NCBI GenBank assembly: GCA_963845565.1
Contig: CAWJSJ010000002.1
Span: 2,176,001-2,240,000, forward strand
Direction: 5' to 3'
Length of the DNA stretch: 64,000 nt
Source: an uncultured Methylomirabilota bacterium
GTDB lineage: Bacteria; Methylomirabilota; Methylomirabilia; Methylomirabilales; 2-02-FULL-66-22
Below the pieces are notes generated by a model. The model searched no databases and was not told the DNA's origin. It worked only from the letters and a program-made list of their open reading frames with translations. This document shows positions 61,354-64,000 of this stretch, in pieces; position 1 is the stretch's first letter; each line of letters opens with the position of its first letter. A program made the translations under genes and the position numbers.

Positions 61354-62376
61354 ATGGTGACACAGCAGGGACCCCGGAACGGCTTGCTGATCGCGGCGCC
61401 CGCGGCCGCGCTTTTTGTGTTGCTCGTCCTGCCGGGCTTCATCCGGGACGAATACTACCTCCATGTTCTGGTCGGCATCCTGTTCTTCGCCTACATGGCG
61501 TCGGCCTGGAATATCGTCTGCGGCTACACGGGACAACTCTCCCTTGGGCACTCGGCCCTGTGCGGTATCGGCGGCTACATTTCGACCCTCCTGTTCATCA
61601 ACGCGGGTCTCAGCCCGTGGATCGGCATGTGGATCGGGGCGGTCTGCGCGACGGGGGCGGGGGTGCTGGTCGGCTGGCCCTGCTTCCGGCTGCGCGGGCC
61701 GTACTTCGCCCTGACCACCATCGCCTTCGCCGAGATCTTGCGCATCTGGATCGACAACACCGAGGAGATCTTCGGCATCGAGCTCCGGGGGGCGCAAGGC
61801 CTCAGCGTGCCGCTCAAGGGGCACGCCCCCGCTCTCTTCCAGTTCGACGGCAAGGTGCCCTACTACTACGTCATCCTCGCCATGTTGGTGGGAGTGATGG
61901 CCGTCACCTGGTGGATGGAGCGGTCCCGCATGGGGTTCTACCTGAAGGCTATCCGGGGCGATCAGGATGCGGCGGAGGCCCTGGGGGTCAACTCCACCCG
62001 CTACCTCCTATCGGCCATGGCCTTGAGCAGCTTCCTCACCGCCCTGGGCGGGAGCTTCTATGCCCAGTTCTTCCGCTACATCAACCCGGAGCGGAACATG
62101 GGCCTGGACCTCTCCATCGAGCTCGCGCTCATGGGGATCGTGGGCGGGCAGGGTACCGTCCTGGGGCCGGTCCTGGGGGCCTTTCTCCTCACCCCGGCGG
62201 GGGAGATCACGCGCGCCACACTGGGTGGAAAGTTCCCCGGCCTGCACCTCGTGATCTACGGGCTGGTCCTCATCGTGGCCATGCTGTTCCTCCCCAAGGG
62301 GCTGATCCAGCCCTTCCGACGGCTCCTCCGCCGGGCGCCTGCGCGCTCCGGCGCGAGCAAGCCGACGACGACGTGA
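61354..62376 (+). CDS. livM: Branched-chain ABC permease (LivM-like)
   Basis: GYTGQLSLGH, LRGPYFAL, GPVLGA, PKGL. Confidence 0.9.
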   Translation: MVTQQGPRNGLLIAAPAAALFVLLVLPGFIRDEYYLHVLVGILFFAYMASAWNIVCGYTGQLSLGHSALCGIGGYISTLLFINAGLSPWIGMWIGAVCATGAGVLVGWPCFRLRGPYFALTTIAFAEILRIWIDNTEEIFGIELRGAQGLSVPLKGHAPALFQFDGKVPYYYVILAMLVGVMAVTWWMERSRMGFYLKAIRGDQDAAEALGVNSTRYLLSAMALSSFLTALGGSFYAQFFRYINPERNMGLDLSIELALMGIVGGQGTVLGPVLGAFLLTPAGEITRATLGGKFPGLHLVIYGLVLIVAMLFLPKGLIQPFRRLLRRAPARSGASKPTTT

Positions 62377-62398
62377 TCCGGCGTGCAAGGAGCCCGCG

Positions 62399-63124
62399 AT
62401 GCCACTGCTCGAGGTGAAGGACATCAGTAAATCGTTCGGAGGACTGCAAGCGGTGCGGGGCCTCAGTTTCGCCGTCGAGCCGGGGGAGATCCTGGGGTTG
62501 ATCGGTCCCAACGGAGCAGGGAAGACCACCGCGTTCAACATGATCGCCGGCTACTTTCCTCCGGATACGGGCGAGGTCCGCTTCAAGGGAGAAAATATTG
62601 CGGGTCTCCGGGCGTGGGATATCTCGCATCGGAAGGTCGCGCGCACCTTTCAGCTCTCGAAGCCGTTCGGGGATCTGACGGTCCTGGAGAACGTGATGGT
62701 CGGCGGGTTTCACCACCAGGGGAGCCGAGCCGCGGCGCGCGGTAAGGCGGAGGAGGTCCTGGCGTTCGTGGGGATAAGTCCCCTGGCGATGGTCGAGGCC
62801 AACAACCTGACCGTGGTGGACCGGAAACGGTTGGAGCTGGCCCGCTGCCTGGCGACGGAGCCCGAACTCCTTCTCCTCGACGAGGTGGTGGCCGGGGCGA
62901 CGCCGACCGAAGCCGTGGCCATGATGGAGGTCATCCGGAGAATCCGGGATACGGGGGTCACCATCATCATGGTGGAGCACGTCATGCGGGTGGTGATGGG
63001 GTTGAGCCACCGCGTGCTGGTGCTCCATCACGGGGAAACCATTGCCATCGGCGACCCGCAGGCGGTGAGCCGCGATCCCGTGGTGCTGAAGGCCTACCTG
63101 GGAGCGCGCTATGGCAACGCTTGA
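62399..63124 (+). CDS. livG: ABC ATP-binding protein (LivG-like)
   Basis: GPNGAGKTT, ARTFQ, LLLDE, VEH. Confidence 0.92.
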   Translation: MPLLEVKDISKSFGGLQAVRGLSFAVEPGEILGLIGPNGAGKTTAFNMIAGYFPPDTGEVRFKGENIAGLRAWDISHRKVARTFQLSKPFGDLTVLENVMVGGFHHQGSRAAARGKAEEVLAFVGISPLAMVEANNLTVVDRKRLELARCLATEPELLLLDEVVAGATPTEAVAMMEVIRRIRDTGVTIIMVEHVMRVVMGLSHRVLVLHHGETIAIGDPQAVSRDPVVLKAYLGARYGNA

Positions 63125-63821
63125 GGTTCGGGGAGTCCGCGGTGGATATGGGGATGTCACCGTCCTGAAGGACGTCAGCCTCGACGTCCACGACCGGGAG
63201 GTCGTGGCGCTGGTCGGGGCCAACGGGGCGGGGAAGTCCACCCTCCTCCGAACCATCTCGGGGCTGTTGCGTCCGACCGCCGGGGAGATCCGCTTCATGG
63301 GCGAGCGGATCGATCACGCTCCGCCACATCACGTGGTGGAACTGGGGTTCGTCCAGGTCCCGGAAGGCAAGCAGCTCTTTCCCCAGATGACAGTCGAGGA
63401 GAACCTTCTGGCAGGCGCCATGTGCCCGCGCGCCCGCGGCGAGCGTCAGAAGAGCCTGCAGGAGGTCTACAGCCTGTTCGCCGAGATCGCGGACAAGCGG
63501 GCCCGCCAGGCCGGCTCCCTGTCGGGCGGCGAGCAACAGATGGTGGCGGTGGGACGCGCCCTGATGGCCCGGCCGACGATCCTGGCGATGGACGAGCCGT
63601 CCCTGGGGCTGGCGCCCGTCGTCGTGGACCGCCTCTTCGGCGTGCTGCAGACGATCCGCGAACGCGGCATGACGATCCTGCTCATCGAGCAGAACGTCCA
63701 GCAGACCCTGGAGATGGCCGACCGCGGCTATGTCATGGAAAACGGCCAGATCGTCTTGACGGGGTTGGGGCGGGAACTGCTCGGAAACGCCCATCTCAAA
63801 ACGCACTACCTTGGTGTCTGA
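63111..63821 (+). CDS. livF: ABC ATP-binding protein (LivF-like)
   Basis: GANGAGKST, LSGGEQQM, DEPSLGLAP, IEQN. Confidence 0.93.
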   Translation: MATLEVRGVRGGYGDVTVLKDVSLDVHDREVVALVGANGAGKSTLLRTISGLLRPTAGEIRFMGERIDHAPPHHVVELGFVQVPEGKQLFPQMTVEENLLAGAMCPRARGERQKSLQEVYSLFAEIADKRARQAGSLSGGEQQMVAVGRALMARPTILAMDEPSLGLAPVVVDRLFGVLQTIRERGMTILLIEQNVQQTLEMADRGYVMENGQIVLTGLGRELLGNAHLKTHYLGV

Positions 63822-63922
63822 GCCGTTGTCAAAGAATGACGTGACCGGAAAAATCGGCAACGGCATAAGGAGCCGTAACGAAATTTAAGAAAGATTGGCC
63901 AAGTTATTTCGTAACGGCTCCT
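63821..63922. repeat. Dispersed element family B, copy 3
   Basis: Full-length match to 22368..22469, starting in the livF stop codon. Confidence 0.8.
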
Positions 63923-64000
63923 AAGGACACCCACCGGGTGCAGTTCGGTTGTGCGCGCGGCATCGAGCACGGGCCGACTTTTCCTTGACATTCCCCTCTC

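Overview
High-GC bacterial chromosomal window. The repeat style and gene content tentatively suggest a Methylomirabilota/Rokubacteria-like lineage, which cannot be verified here. Housekeeping genes include glgP, tRNA-Val(CAC), a D,D-carboxypeptidase, purN, trpB2, PGM/ManC, rfaE1-kdsB-pyrG and ptsI. A large catabolic and transport region (about 9.8-42 kb) holds two carbohydrate-type ABC importers, one peptide-type importer, class III and IV aminotransferases, a SelA-like PLP enzyme, amidohydrolases, an aldehyde:ferredoxin oxidoreductase, an MlrC-family peptidase and a divergent UxaE-like epimerase. Features the ORF track misses: (1) a probable selenoprotein (C-GCAxxG-C-C family, in-frame TGA plus a SECIS-like hairpin) directly behind AOR and an SDR; (2) an integrase-less array of two toxin-antitoxin integron-type cassettes with attC sites; (3) two dispersed MITE-like element families, one with interchangeable interiors; (4) many intergenic 7-, 8- and 9-nt tandem repeats, often paired as inverted repeats. 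Eight single-base frameshifts in otherwise intact genes are most likely long-read assembly errors.
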